Below are positions 1-9,887 of a stretch of DNA of 64,000 nt, piece by piece. Made by a program: the position numbers and the translations under genes. Position 1 is the stretch's first letter; every line of letters starts with the position of its first letter. The notes below the pieces were generated by a model. That model was not told where the DNA came from. It ran no database searches and saw only the letters and a list, made by a program, of their open reading frames with translations. Location: positions 1 to 64,000 of IMG/VR virus record IMGVR_UViG_3300029984_000001. One strand, 5' to 3'.

Positions 1-2
1 GT

Positions 3-218
3 AATATCTTTTCCATCTGTTAAAATTTTAAAAGCTGAACTTTTTTCACTATAACCTGTAATCCCTTTATCATTAGTAACAGTATACCAATAATCATTTA
101 CAACTGTAACATCAACAGTTGTACCTGATGTACATACTCCTAAAAATTTAGTTCTATTATCTGAATTCATATTATTATATATATTTATATCACTTTGCAT
201 CATAGCTTGTACACTCAC
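3..218 (-). CDS. Partial CDS (runs off window start), SH3b-like domain protein, probably virion/cell-wall associated
   Basis: Not in ORF track. GTG at 218 with GGAGG RBS; open frame MSVQAMMQSDINIYNN...TSGTTVDVTVVNDYWYTVTNDKGITGYSEKS resembles the bacterial SH3 pattern (G..V.V....WY.V....GY). Confidence 0.6.
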   Translation of the reverse strand, partial: MSVQAMMQSDINIYNNMNSDNRTKFLGVCTSGTTVDVTVVNDYWYTVTNDKGITGYSEKSSAFKILTDGKDI

Positions 219-237
219 ATTAATCGCCTCCCTTATA

Positions 238-249
238 TAATAAAATGTT
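238..249 (-). promoter_or_regulatory. Late-type promoter AACA-N6-TA
   Basis: Minus strand AACAttttatTA about 20 nt upstream of GTG 218. Confidence 0.55.
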
Positions 250-281
250 CAGATGGTATAAACCACCTGAACCGTTTTATC

Positions 282-3200
282 TTAATTTCCTAATGCTAAG
301 TTTTCCATATCTTTCATTATTTCAGAAAGAGATATATCCTGATTGCTTTGAGTAGCCTTTTGAATTTTATTTAAAATGTTTTGTTTCTTCGATTGGATAT
401 CATTATTAGAACTAGTTTGTTTATTATCATTACCATTATCTGATAATAGTTTAACCATATCAGATATTGGTGTAGTATTTACACAAATATTAGTTAAAAT
501 AGTAATAACACTTTGTAAAAACTTCCCAATCTCAGGATTATCTTTAAGTGAAGATTGCGATTGGGTTTTAGTTATATTAGAATTATCTTCATTTTCTCCA
601 CCAATCCCATTATTATTTATTTCAAAAGTTCTTCTCATATAGGTATCTGGATTTACAGGAACTCCATTTTGTCTAGTTTCATAATGTAAATGTGGACCTG
701 TACTATTTCCTGTAGAACCAATATTTCCTATACCTTGACCTTCTTTTATACTATCTCCTGGTTTGAGATTGCTAGATTCATTCATGTGTCCAAAATAATG
801 TTCTCCACCAATAGCATCTTTCACAACTAATAAATTACCTAACCCGTTACTATCTTTAGTCGATTTATTTTGGACTACTGTTCCTGATATCGGAGATTTA
901 ATCGATGTGCCTTTAGCAGCTCCAATATCTATTCCAGTATGATTTTTAGGTATAGAACCAGTAGTATCTCTAAGACCAAATCCAGAAGTAACATTACCTT
1001 TTAGACTATTACTAAAGAAATTCTCTATAGCTCCTCCAACACCTTTGTAAACAGCTCCACCTACAGAAGATCCTGTTAATACTCTTCTAATATCATATAT
1101 ATCATTTCTACTTGATAAGTCTGATATTTTCACAACATCTCCTGTTTTGGGTGCATGAATATATTTATCATCTCCAATATAAATACCAACATGAGATGGT
1201 GGTGATGAACTCCCTTTGAATAATACTATATCTCCTGCTTGAATATCTTTTTGATCTACATGAAAACCAGCATTCTTTTGATCGTAAGTTGTTCTACCAA
1301 CATCTATTCCCATTTTATTAAATACATATTGAACAAATCCTGAACAATCAAAACCATTAGGAGTCGTTCCTCCCCATAAATATGGAGTGCCTAAGAAACT
1401 TTGAGCTATCTTTATAACTTCTCCTGGTTTACCTGAAACAGTTGTTCCTGAACTACTATTACCAATAGAAGAACTGTTTGCATCTTTATTAAATCCAAAT
1501 ATATTGTTCATAGAGTTACCGATAGCACCACTTAGATCACTAAAAAATCCTGCAATCCCATTAGAACTACTTGAACTACTATTAGTACTAGATGATATAC
1601 CTGTTGCAGCTGGATTATTTGGTGTAGTATCACCTGTAGCCTTTTTATATAATGAAGTTACTGTTGGAACCCAATCTTTATTTTGACCATTTGGATCATT
1701 GGCTGCTCCTATTGGTGCGTATTTTGAACCTATTTGATCAATAGTAGTTAAACCTTTCTTTATATAATTATCACCCAAATTCTTAATTGCAAAATCTAAT
1801 CCTTCATTTAATGAATCGAAATGTTTTATTGTTTTCCAATTATTATTCCAATCCATTATACCTGCTGGATTATTATCATTGTTTAAAGCAGGACTATTTC
1901 CACCAGTTTCATTTATCATGATAGATGCAGCTAATGATGGATCTACTCCATATTTTTTTCCTAAGTCTATATATGTTTGACCCATTCCTGATAACTTACC
2001 TCTTAATATAGCATTAACACCATCAGAAGTAGATTCTCCTCCAACACCATTAAATAACTTTTTAGATTCATTAGCACCACCTACATTTTGCCATGGTAAA
2101 TTTCCAGTATATTTAGCTGATACACTATTATTATTATTATTATTAGATGATTGTGAATCTGTTGCTATGACTTTATTTTTATTTATATTTTGATAATCAA
2201 TTACACCTGGAGATACAGTTTCAACCTTATTGAATGGATTTACATTTTGAGAAGTAGGTTGGTCTTGTTTATTAATATAATCTTGATATTTATCTATTTT
2301 TGTATCGGTCATAGAATTAACTATATATTTTCCTTTTCCTTTGTTTTTATTAATATAGTCTTCCATAGATATATCAACATTATTTTTCTTTTTATAATCT
2401 TCATATTCTTGTCTAGCTTTTTCACGTTGTTGTTGTAGATCAGTGTTATCTATTCCAAATATAGGTAATAATGTATCGAATATTAAATCTATCAAGAATG
2501 AATCAGGTAAAAATGATAGAATTATAGTCAATCCAGTTAAAGCTTTCATAAGACCACAACCAACTTTTTCTAAGAATGTTGGTTCTTCTGTGATACCCAA
2601 TATAGTTTGAGCATTAGAATAACCCATTACAAAGTCCACAATAGCAAGGGCTATATTTAATACTCCACCAGTAGATAAACCAGCTAATCTAGCAGATACC
2701 TTTGTTATATTCGCTGCTATTTTTTGAGTCAATCCGCTTAAGAATTTAGGAATAAATTTTTCTACAATCTTTACGGTTCTTTCTGTACCTACAAGAGCTT
2801 CGATTTCAGGATTACTAACTAAATTAAATAAGAATTTTTTTATACTTTCCATAGCTCCACTCAATGCTTTATCCATACCAATTCCTTTATATACAGAATT
2901 CATAATTCCACCAGATTTTGCTATGAAATTGGTACTTTTTTCTACTAATGAACCTGCCCCTCTTGTGATATTTCCTAATTTAGATGCAGTATTTGTCCCC
3001 ATTATAGTTTTTAAAGGATGAAGCATATTCTTTCCTAAATCAAAACCTTTACCAATAATTCTAGATGATTTATTAGCTAACCATCCAAATCCTTTTAATG
3101 CTTTGGTTCCTGTAGCTCCACCAGTTAATATATATCTACTAATAGCTTTAGTTCCATTACCAATCTCATTATATTTTTCCCCTGTTATAGAATCTGTATG

Positions 3201-6200
3201 AGATTCACCAAAAATAGAATTAGAAACAGTAGACCCAACATCACTACTATTAGATTTATATATTTTACTGTTATTCTTTAGACTATTATTATCAGAATCT
3301 TTTATAGGACTAAGTCCAGGTAAATGAGCTAATGTAGAATTATAAAATTGAGTTAAGAATCCTTTAAATCCATTTAGAATGAATCCACCTATACCAAGTA
3401 CACCTTCTTTAACAACTGCACCTATACCACTTACAACAGCAGGTATAATTGTTCCAGTAATGAATGGGACTACTTTATCTTTTAAATATGGTATTACTGT
3501 AGATTTAGCAAATCCAATTAATTGTGGAGCGAAGGCAAACCCTAACATTCCTTTCATTAATGTAGATGCTATACCAACGGTTTTTAAATCTGTAGAATTT
3601 GATATAAAATCAGCAGCTTTACCCCTAACTTTTTCAACATTTCTAGATAAAAATGTCATCATTTTATTTTTATAAACTTTATCTTGTTTATTATCTCTTT
3701 CAACTTCTTGAGTTTGTATATCACCTTTATTATAGATTTTATTATTATTACCATCTATATGATATTCCCTACCATCCTCATCTCTTTGATTCTTATTAAC
3801 ATTTCCTTTAAGATTATATTTAGAAGGCATTGATATCAGATTTGGTTTTTTATTAATTTCCTTTGTATCATATGATAATTCATTTGCATCTATCTCTTCT
3901 TTGGTTACATATTCCTTTTCACCTCTCGTATTCATATAATATAATCTATTATCAGAATCTTTCAATATTTTCTTTTTCTCTTTTGAATTATAAGAATCAA
4001 ATGCAGATAAAGCCCTATTTGAATTTGGAGATGGATGAGCTATATCATGTAATGTGGTAATAATTTCTTCCATTTTACTATTTATTTTTTCTCTAAATGT
4101 TTCACTTCTTTCTGATTCTTGTTCTTGTAATACTTCCATTCTTTCTTCTGGAGTTTTAGTTTCATTCTTTTTCTTATTTACATTAATTTCTTTATCTAAT
4201 AGATCTATATACTTCGATAATTTTTCAGGATTATTAAGTACACTATTAGGAATTTTAACACCAGATTTTTTTAATTTATCCATGAAATCCACATAAGATT
4301 CTGTTTGTTTATATCCTTTATCTACAGATGTATTATAATTATTAACTTTACTAGCAAGACTTCTTTTTAATGTTTCTTTTTCACCGTCAGACATATGTTT
4401 AGGATTAATATTATCAATCATTTTAAAGGCTATATCACTCTTGCCGTCCCTAATCAATTTCATAATCTTCTTAGATGTAAAGTATCCAACGTCTTTACTA
4501 ACATGCCCACCCATATCGTCTATCATAGATACTCTATCAGATTTATTCTTCTTATAATCTGTTCTCATATTAGAAAAACTATCTCTCATCATATTAAGTT
4601 TCTTAGAATCACCTTGAGTGAACCCGTCAATTAATTGATCAAATTCAGAGGTTTTATCTCCTAATCCCATTGCATGTTTTCTTCTAAAGTCTAATCTTTC
4701 AGAAGCAGTCATATAATCAGCAGTACCATTTTTTATTTGACGTTTTCTTAAACGATTACCAGCCATATTTATTAATCCTATAGGTGCTCCGATTAATCCC
4801 TTTAATGCCTTACTACTTATCCATGTTAATGCTTTACCTACAGGACCAGCGATTTGTGCTACTAACTTAGATAACGGTACACCTAAACTACTTTCAATTA
4901 TTTTATCAAATATTTTAAGAACACCTTTACCTAGACCTTTAGCCATTAATTCCATTTGTTTAGAGAATGGTTTTACAGATGTAGCTAATTTTTCGAACAC
5001 ATTCTTCTTAAACCACGTTACAGCTCCATCCCTTTTCTCTTTTAAAAAAGCAGACATAGGATCTACAATCTTTTCTCTAAAATGAGGTAATAGTCCACCG
5101 ATATATTTACCATGACCATCTGGTTTACCGAATATAAAGTTTTGGAATTTTTCTGATGTTGTAGCCATACCAATAGCAGAACCAAGAAAAGCATTTCCCA
5201 TAATACCAAATGGTAATGGACTTGCTATAGCAGCAACCAAAGCTCCTGCTCCAATTCTAGGCAACATTGATTTCATCTTTTCTTTCTTTTTACCTAACCA
5301 CGATTCATTATTTTTACCGAATAACCATTCTTTCATTCTACCAGTATCTTTAGCATAAGCAAAAGATGCACCTAACATAACTCCACCTATTGGACCAAAA
5401 GGCATAAATGGTAACAATCCTGCAACTCCACCCACAATTCCATAATTCTTTAAATCTGGCAATAACTTCTTCATTTTATTTACAAATTTACTACTTGTGG
5501 CTTTTGCGACGAATCCACCTTTACGTTGTTTATCCCCATTTTCATCAGTAAATTCCTCACCAAACAACCAGTTTTGCATTGTCTCAGAATGTTTAGTTAT
5601 AGATATTCCTGCTCCAATTGCAGCTCCTAATAATGGTCCACCTAACATTCCTGTGACTAAAGATACACCTGAACCTAGTAATGCTGAACCTATAGCTTCA
5701 GGAGCATAAGTTGTAATTCCTTTAGATGCTTCTGATATAAAATTAGATACTTTCTTCTTTTCTGCTAATATTTTCTCTGGAGTTAATTCTTCATTACCAT
5801 TAGTTAAACCAGAAAAGACTTTAGTAGCAGCATTCTTTAATTCACCTTTCATTTGGTCTAGATAATCTGTAAATATATTACCATCTTTAGAAGGGTTTTT
5901 TAATTCACCTAATACAGTTTTTAATATACCAGCATATTGATTATTTTTTTCTTGAGAAGAGAAAGATTCTTTTATCTTATCATGATTAATCATATTCAAC
6001 ATAGTAGACATTGTATCATTATAATCATCTGAATCTTGTTCTTTCCCTCGAAGCATATTCTTCATTTTTAAATGAGTTCTTTTTGCTATATCTTCATTAG
6101 ATACCTTATCACTATTTACATCATTAACAGAAGTCTTTATAAACTTTTTAAAGTTTCTCCATTGTTCTGCTTCTTTTACTGGAAGTACAGCCTCACCTCT

Positions 6201-9014
6201 ACTTATAACTGCTACAGTATCTTGATCTACATTATCTGTACCTGTTGCATAATGAGGAACTTCATTGTTCATATAATTATTTATAACTGTACCTATATCA
6301 CTAGAAAACGTTTCAGCAGCTCTATCTTCACCTCTATTTAATCCCGAAAATTTACCTTTTATTTTAGATGTAATTGGAGAAAATACTGTACCAAAAGCAT
6401 TTTTAGTAGAATCCCATGCTCCAGAGAATACAGATTTGATTCCTCTTCCTATTTCAGAAAATAAACCATCAACTCCATTTTCTTTACTACCAAATAAATA
6501 TTCTTTTACTTTTGCACCTAAATCTTTCAATCCAGTTCTTTCTAGAATATCATTTAGTTTATCTTTTATTCCAAGATCTTTTATTTTATCTGTTAGAGGA
6601 TCTATAACTCTTTCATCTAACCATGTAGAGAATTTATTGAAATTTTCTTTAAGTTTATCAATCATTACTGTTACAAAACTTCTATCATCAGCTTTTTCTC
6701 CAACACCGTAAATTAAACTATATAATTTATTATCTATTTTATCAAATACTCTAGACATTATTTGATTAGGTTTATCAACAATGGATTTAATTTTATCTGT
6801 CATAGTTTTAATTTTATCATAAGATGTACCCGTCTCATCTAGATCATTCATTATCTCATGTATAAAAGACGTCCTATTTTGTAATAATGAGTTTCTTCTA
6901 AACTCTTCTGTTTCCTTTACATTATAAATTTTACCAGCTACACCTCTTTGTAATTTATCAGAATCGTAATCAGTGGTATTAATAAGACCATGATTATCTT
7001 TAGCTTTTCTTTTAGTAACTTCATATGATGCTTCAGATCTTCTTCTAGTTTCTATTTCTCTTAAATCTTCAGTACTAGTTGAATTATTATCTGGAATATT
7101 ATATGTGTCTATATTTGGTGTTGTTAATGAAGTGCCTCTTCTTCTGCCAGTACTACTTGTATTATTACTTCTAATAAATCTTAACTCTCTTAATATTTGA
7201 TCCAAATACCAGAATCCACTATAACCTTTATCACTATTTACATTTAAAGGACTATTTTTATAGGTTAAAGTAGAATTTTTCTTCACATTTCCTTTTTCAT
7301 CTACTCTATAATCATCTTTACCAAATAGATTATTGTCAATAGTATTATAAACACTATTACCTTTATTCTCTATATCTGTAAGATGATTTTTCTGATCTGC
7401 TCTACTTCTCATTATATTTTGAGATAACATTTTCTTTGTATCTTGATTAGAACCTTCAAATAATCCTTTTATAATTTCATAATTATCCGAATCTTGTATA
7501 TTATAATAACTATGATCTAGATTTTTATTATTATATTCAAATAATATACCTTTATCATAAATAGTATTCAACATACTCTTCATATCTTTAAATAAAGATT
7601 CTTGTTCAGAGTAAGTTAGATTTATATACTTAGACATTTCTTTCATTTCATTTTCTATATCTCTTGTAGCTGAATCAGCATAACCTTGTTTTAGATTATC
7701 AAAATTCTTTTTGATTTGATGTTGTTCTACAAAAGTTCCTTTTTCATGATCAAATATCTGAGCAGGCATACCAGATAATAACGAAATTATTTTTGCTAAT
7801 TGTTGTGGTATTACATCATTTAAAGTTTTATCAGAAATTCCATTCCATTTCATTTCACCTCTATGGTATTTAGCAGGAGATAATGATTTTTTTAAACCAG
7901 TATCAGGAGAGAATATTTTTGTTAATTCTCTAATTTTATCAGTGAATGGATTATCTCCTCTATCTTCATCTGTAAACCCATTTAGTTTAGCTGTTAATGA
8001 TCCGAATAGAGATGACGCAGTTTTATCTATCTTCCCCATACTCTTCTTCAAACCGTTACCTATTATGAATTTACTAACAAAACCCTCCATAAGCATACCT
8101 AAAGGATTAGCTGCCAACATCTTTAATACATTTGTATCATCACCCATAGAGTTTAAAGTAGATGTAATTAGACCTAAATCTGGATTGTTCATAACGTTTT
8201 CTTTTACATGTGAAAAATATTCTTTTATATCTGGAATACCACCAATAGCAATATCAGAATAAGATTTCTTTTTCTTAGATTCTTTCTTTTCTGGACCAAT
8301 AATAGTATTCATTTTAGTAGATATTTCTCTTAATAAAGCCGTTTGATCTTGAAGTAACTTGGTAGACTCTTCATAATATTTCTTTTGATTTTCTGCCATA
8401 CTTTTTGTAATATCAACAACAGGCATCATAGAACCTATATTATCATTTATAACTCCAAGATGTTTAGAAAACATTTGATTCGATTTAGTATTTTGCACAT
8501 ATAATAAATTAGTATTTTCTTTTGATACTTGAGTAGAGTATTCTGTTGATCTAACTATTGCTGAACTTATTGCATTAGCATTTGCTTCTGATGATTGATG
8601 AATGTTACTGGATATCATATTATCATTAGAAGGACTAGGAGAATCATTAAAATCTTCATCATCAAAATTAAAATTATCTAACCCTTCAAATTCATCATCA
8701 AAATTCATTCCTGATTGTTCAGCAGATATTTGATCTATTCTTTTAGTATTATAAAAAGTACCATCTCTTAAATCTTCCATAAGAGATTTTTTTAATTGTT
8801 CACCAGCAGTATATACTTGTGATTTTTTAGTATAATCCATCATCCTTTTATATGTTTGTTTATAATTAATAATATCAGAATAGGCTGATCTGAATAAATC
8901 GGCATTAGTCTCTTTAAAATCTTTGACTGAAGACATATTTTCTGATACATGATTAACAGTAGCATATACTATAGATTTTGCAACATTAGTACTATACCCT
9001 AATAAATTAGCCAT
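282..9014 (-). CDS. Giant tail-associated/tape-measure-like protein with C-terminal glucosaminidase/lysozyme-like (approx 1638-2005), NlpC/P60 (approx 1080-1425) and M23 peptidase (approx 636-1004) domains
   Basis: GTPYLWGG..FDCSGFVQY..HVGIYIG (NlpC/P60); HTGIDIG..HYFGHM..STGPHLHYE (M23); YGVDPSLAASIMINETG..NNPAGI..IGSKYAP (glucosaminidase-like); HYATGT..GEAVLP tape-measure-type motif; GGAGG RBS. Confidence 0.85.
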   Translation of the reverse strand: MANLLGYSTNVAKSIVYATVNHVSENMSSVKDFKETNADLFRSAYSDIINYKQTYKRMMDYTKKSQVYTAGEQLKKSLMEDLRDGTFYNTKRIDQISAEQSGMNFDDEFEGLDNFNFDDEDFNDSPSPSNDNMISSNIHQSSEANANAISSAIVRSTEYSTQVSKENTNLLYVQNTKSNQMFSKHLGVINDNIGSMMPVVDITKSMAENQKKYYEESTKLLQDQTALLREISTKMNTIIGPEKKESKKKKSYSDIAIGGIPDIKEYFSHVKENVMNNPDLGLITSTLNSMGDDTNVLKMLAANPLGMLMEGFVSKFIIGNGLKKSMGKIDKTASSLFGSLTAKLNGFTDEDRGDNPFTDKIRELTKIFSPDTGLKKSLSPAKYHRGEMKWNGISDKTLNDVIPQQLAKIISLLSGMPAQIFDHEKGTFVEQHQIKKNFDNLKQGYADSATRDIENEMKEMSKYINLTYSEQESLFKDMKSMLNTIYDKGILFEYNNKNLDHSYYNIQDSDNYEIIKGLFEGSNQDTKKMLSQNIMRSRADQKNHLTDIENKGNSVYNTIDNNLFGKDDYRVDEKGNVKKNSTLTYKNSPLNVNSDKGYSGFWYLDQILRELRFIRSNNTSSTGRRRGTSLTTPNIDTYNIPDNNSTSTEDLREIETRRRSEASYEVTKRKAKDNHGLINTTDYDSDKLQRGVAGKIYNVKETEEFRRNSLLQNRTSFIHEIMNDLDETGTSYDKIKTMTDKIKSIVDKPNQIMSRVFDKIDNKLYSLIYGVGEKADDRSFVTVMIDKLKENFNKFSTWLDERVIDPLTDKIKDLGIKDKLNDILERTGLKDLGAKVKEYLFGSKENGVDGLFSEIGRGIKSVFSGAWDSTKNAFGTVFSPITSKIKGKFSGLNRGEDRAAETFSSDIGTVINNYMNNEVPHYATGTDNVDQDTVAVISRGEAVLPVKEAEQWRNFKKFIKTSVNDVNSDKVSNEDIAKRTHLKMKNMLRGKEQDSDDYNDTMSTMLNMINHDKIKESFSSQEKNNQYAGILKTVLGELKNPSKDGNIFTDYLDQMKGELKNAATKVFSGLTNGNEELTPEKILAEKKKVSNFISEASKGITTYAPEAIGSALLGSGVSLVTGMLGGPLLGAAIGAGISITKHSETMQNWLFGEEFTDENGDKQRKGGFVAKATSSKFVNKMKKLLPDLKNYGIVGGVAGLLPFMPFGPIGGVMLGASFAYAKDTGRMKEWLFGKNNESWLGKKKEKMKSMLPRIGAGALVAAIASPLPFGIMGNAFLGSAIGMATTSEKFQNFIFGKPDGHGKYIGGLLPHFREKIVDPMSAFLKEKRDGAVTWFKKNVFEKLATSVKPFSKQMELMAKGLGKGVLKIFDKIIESSLGVPLSKLVAQIAGPVGKALTWISSKALKGLIGAPIGLINMAGNRLRKRQIKNGTADYMTASERLDFRRKHAMGLGDKTSEFDQLIDGFTQGDSKKLNMMRDSFSNMRTDYKKNKSDRVSMIDDMGGHVSKDVGYFTSKKIMKLIRDGKSDIAFKMIDNINPKHMSDGEKETLKRSLASKVNNYNTSVDKGYKQTESYVDFMDKLKKSGVKIPNSVLNNPEKLSKYIDLLDKEINVNKKKNETKTPEERMEVLQEQESERSETFREKINSKMEEIITTLHDIAHPSPNSNRALSAFDSYNSKEKKKILKDSDNRLYYMNTRGEKEYVTKEEIDANELSYDTKEINKKPNLISMPSKYNLKGNVNKNQRDEDGREYHIDGNNNKIYNKGDIQTQEVERDNKQDKVYKNKMMTFLSRNVEKVRGKAADFISNSTDLKTVGIASTLMKGMLGFAFAPQLIGFAKSTVIPYLKDKVVPFITGTIIPAVVSGIGAVVKEGVLGIGGFILNGFKGFLTQFYNSTLAHLPGLSPIKDSDNNSLKNNSKIYKSNSSDVGSTVSNSIFGESHTDSITGEKYNEIGNGTKAISRYILTGGATGTKALKGFGWLANKSSRIIGKGFDLGKNMLHPLKTIMGTNTASKLGNITRGAGSLVEKSTNFIAKSGGIMNSVYKGIGMDKALSGAMESIKKFLFNLVSNPEIEALVGTERTVKIVEKFIPKFLSGLTQKIAANITKVSARLAGLSTGGVLNIALAIVDFVMGYSNAQTILGITEEPTFLEKVGCGLMKALTGLTIILSFLPDSFLIDLIFDTLLPIFGIDNTDLQQQREKARQEYEDYKKKNNVDISMEDYINKNKGKGKYIVNSMTDTKIDKYQDYINKQDQPTSQNVNPFNKVETVSPGVIDYQNINKNKVIATDSQSSNNNNNNSVSAKYTGNLPWQNVGGANESKKLFNGVGGESTSDGVNAILRGKLSGMGQTYIDLGKKYGVDPSLAASIMINETGGNSPALNNDNNPAGIMDWNNNWKTIKHFDSLNEGLDFAIKNLGDNYIKKGLTTIDQIGSKYAPIGAANDPNGQNKDWVPTVTSLYKKATGDTTPNNPAATGISSSTNSSSSSSNGIAGFFSDLSGAIGNSMNNIFGFNKDANSSSIGNSSSGTTVSGKPGEVIKIAQSFLGTPYLWGGTTPNGFDCSGFVQYVFNKMGIDVGRTTYDQKNAGFHVDQKDIQAGDIVLFKGSSSPPSHVGIYIGDDKYIHAPKTGDVVKISDLSSRNDIYDIRRVLTGSSVGGAVYKGVGGAIENFFSNSLKGNVTSGFGLRDTTGSIPKNHTGIDIGAAKGTSIKSPISGTVVQNKSTKDSNGLGNLLVVKDAIGGEHYFGHMNESSNLKPGDSIKEGQGIGNIGSTGNSTGPHLHYETRQNGVPVNPDTYMRRTFEINNNGIGGENEDNSNITKTQSQSSLKDNPEIGKFLQSVITILTNICVNTTPISDMVKLLSDNGNDNKQTSSNNDIQSKKQNILNKIQKATQSNQDISLSEIMKDMENLALGN

Positions 9015-9039
9015 CTTAGTACCTCCTTTACTATATAAT

Positions 9040-9051
9040 TATTAGGATGTT
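9040..9051 (-). promoter_or_regulatory. Late-type promoter AACA-N6-TA for the tail protein gene
   Basis: Minus strand AACAtcctaaTA 26 nt upstream of ATG 9014. Confidence 0.6.
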
Positions 9052-9066
9052 AAATTGCGTAAAATA

Positions 9067-9090
9067 TAGATACGGGAAACCCCGTATCTA
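9067..9090 (-). terminator. Intrinsic terminator
   Basis: Perfect 10-bp stem TAGATACGGG/CCCGTATCTA, followed by a T-run on the minus strand. Confidence 0.75.
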
Positions 9091-9107
9091 CAATGTTTAG
9101 AATAATA

Positions 9108-9611
9108 TTATTTAGAAATAACTCTGATACTTTTATGTTCTTTTACATCTACATAGATTGTTTCTCTGATATCTTCACCTTTTTCATCTATTCCGATTTT
9201 CTTTGATACATGTCTCATTCTTGCAGGAACTTCTTTTTGGGCAATAGAGATATCAGAATCTTTTCTTTTTCCTAATGACATTTTTCTACCTGTATCCATA
9301 TAAGTATTGACAAATTCTTTACTTACATTAATCATATGACCTGCATCATTTTTCGTATATTCATATTCGATAGCTAATTTCTCTGCTTCTGGTTGACTTA
9401 TACCTGTAGTCTTAGATATAATTCCTCCTACCATAGAATCCATTTCTTCTGCTGGACATATATAATCTTCTACTCCATCTTTTCCATATACCGCAGCTTT
9501 AAAAGAACGGTCGTTTAATAATTCTTTCATAACCAAATTTTCTTCTTTTACGTTTACAGATCTTTGTGTTCTTCTTCCTTGAACCTCTTGTATAATTTGT
9601 TCTACTGACAT
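9108..9611 (-). CDS. Hypothetical protein, possibly divergent HU/IHF-like DNA-binding protein
   Basis: GGAGG RBS; C-terminal half IISKTTGISQPEAEKL..TGRKMSLG..EVPARMRH..IYVDVKEHKSIRVIS echoes the HU pattern. Confidence 0.4.
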   Translation of the reverse strand: MSVEQIIQEVQGRRTQRSVNVKEENLVMKELLNDRSFKAAVYGKDGVEDYICPAEEMDSMVGGIISKTTGISQPEAEKLAIEYEYTKNDAGHMINVSKEFVNTYMDTGRKMSLGKRKDSDISIAQKEVPARMRHVSKKIGIDEKGEDIRETIYVDVKEHKSIRVISK

Positions 9612-9658
9612 ATTTATTCCTCCTAATTTTTATTTAATATATAGTTTTTATTTTAGAA

Positions 9659-9781
9659 TTATACTCTAAACATAAATCTTTTAAATCTGGATTTCTTTCC
9701 ATTTAGAGATATGAATTTTGCTAGTTCTTCTGGTGTACTATTAGACACAAAATTCAAAAAGTTTTCTTTATAAGAGTTCAT
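9659..9781 (-). CDS. Small 40-aa basic protein (not in ORF track)
   Basis: GAGGAGG RBS then MNSYKENFLNFVSNSTPEELAKFISLNGKKSRFKRFMFRV*; first gene after the promoter at 9807-9818. Confidence 0.7.
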   Translation of the reverse strand: MNSYKENFLNFVSNSTPEELAKFISLNGKKSRFKRFMFRV

Positions 9782-9806
9782 TTGGATACACCTCCTCAAC
9801 ATTCTA

Positions 9807-9818
9807 TACTGCAATGTT
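9807..9818 (-). promoter_or_regulatory. Late-type promoter AACA-N6-TA
   Basis: Minus strand AACAttgcagTA 26 nt upstream of ATG 9781; divergent from the promoter at 9854. Confidence 0.6.
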
Positions 9819-9853
9819 TAGGTTAAGTTAAAAAAATATTTATTGAAAATCGA

Positions 9854-9865
9854 AACATGAGAATA
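9854..9865 (+). promoter_or_regulatory. Late-type promoter AACA-N6-TA for the RNAP beta gene
   Basis: AACAtgagaaTA just upstream of the AAGGAG RBS and ATG 9888. Confidence 0.6.
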
Positions 9866-9887
9866 ATAAGAAAGGAGTGAGTAGTTT

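Noticed and set aside
376-8262. Plus-strand ORFs inside the tail gene and minus-strand ORFs inside the RNAP and accessory genes
   Set aside because: Antisense shadows of AT-rich coding sequence; no RBS or motifs.
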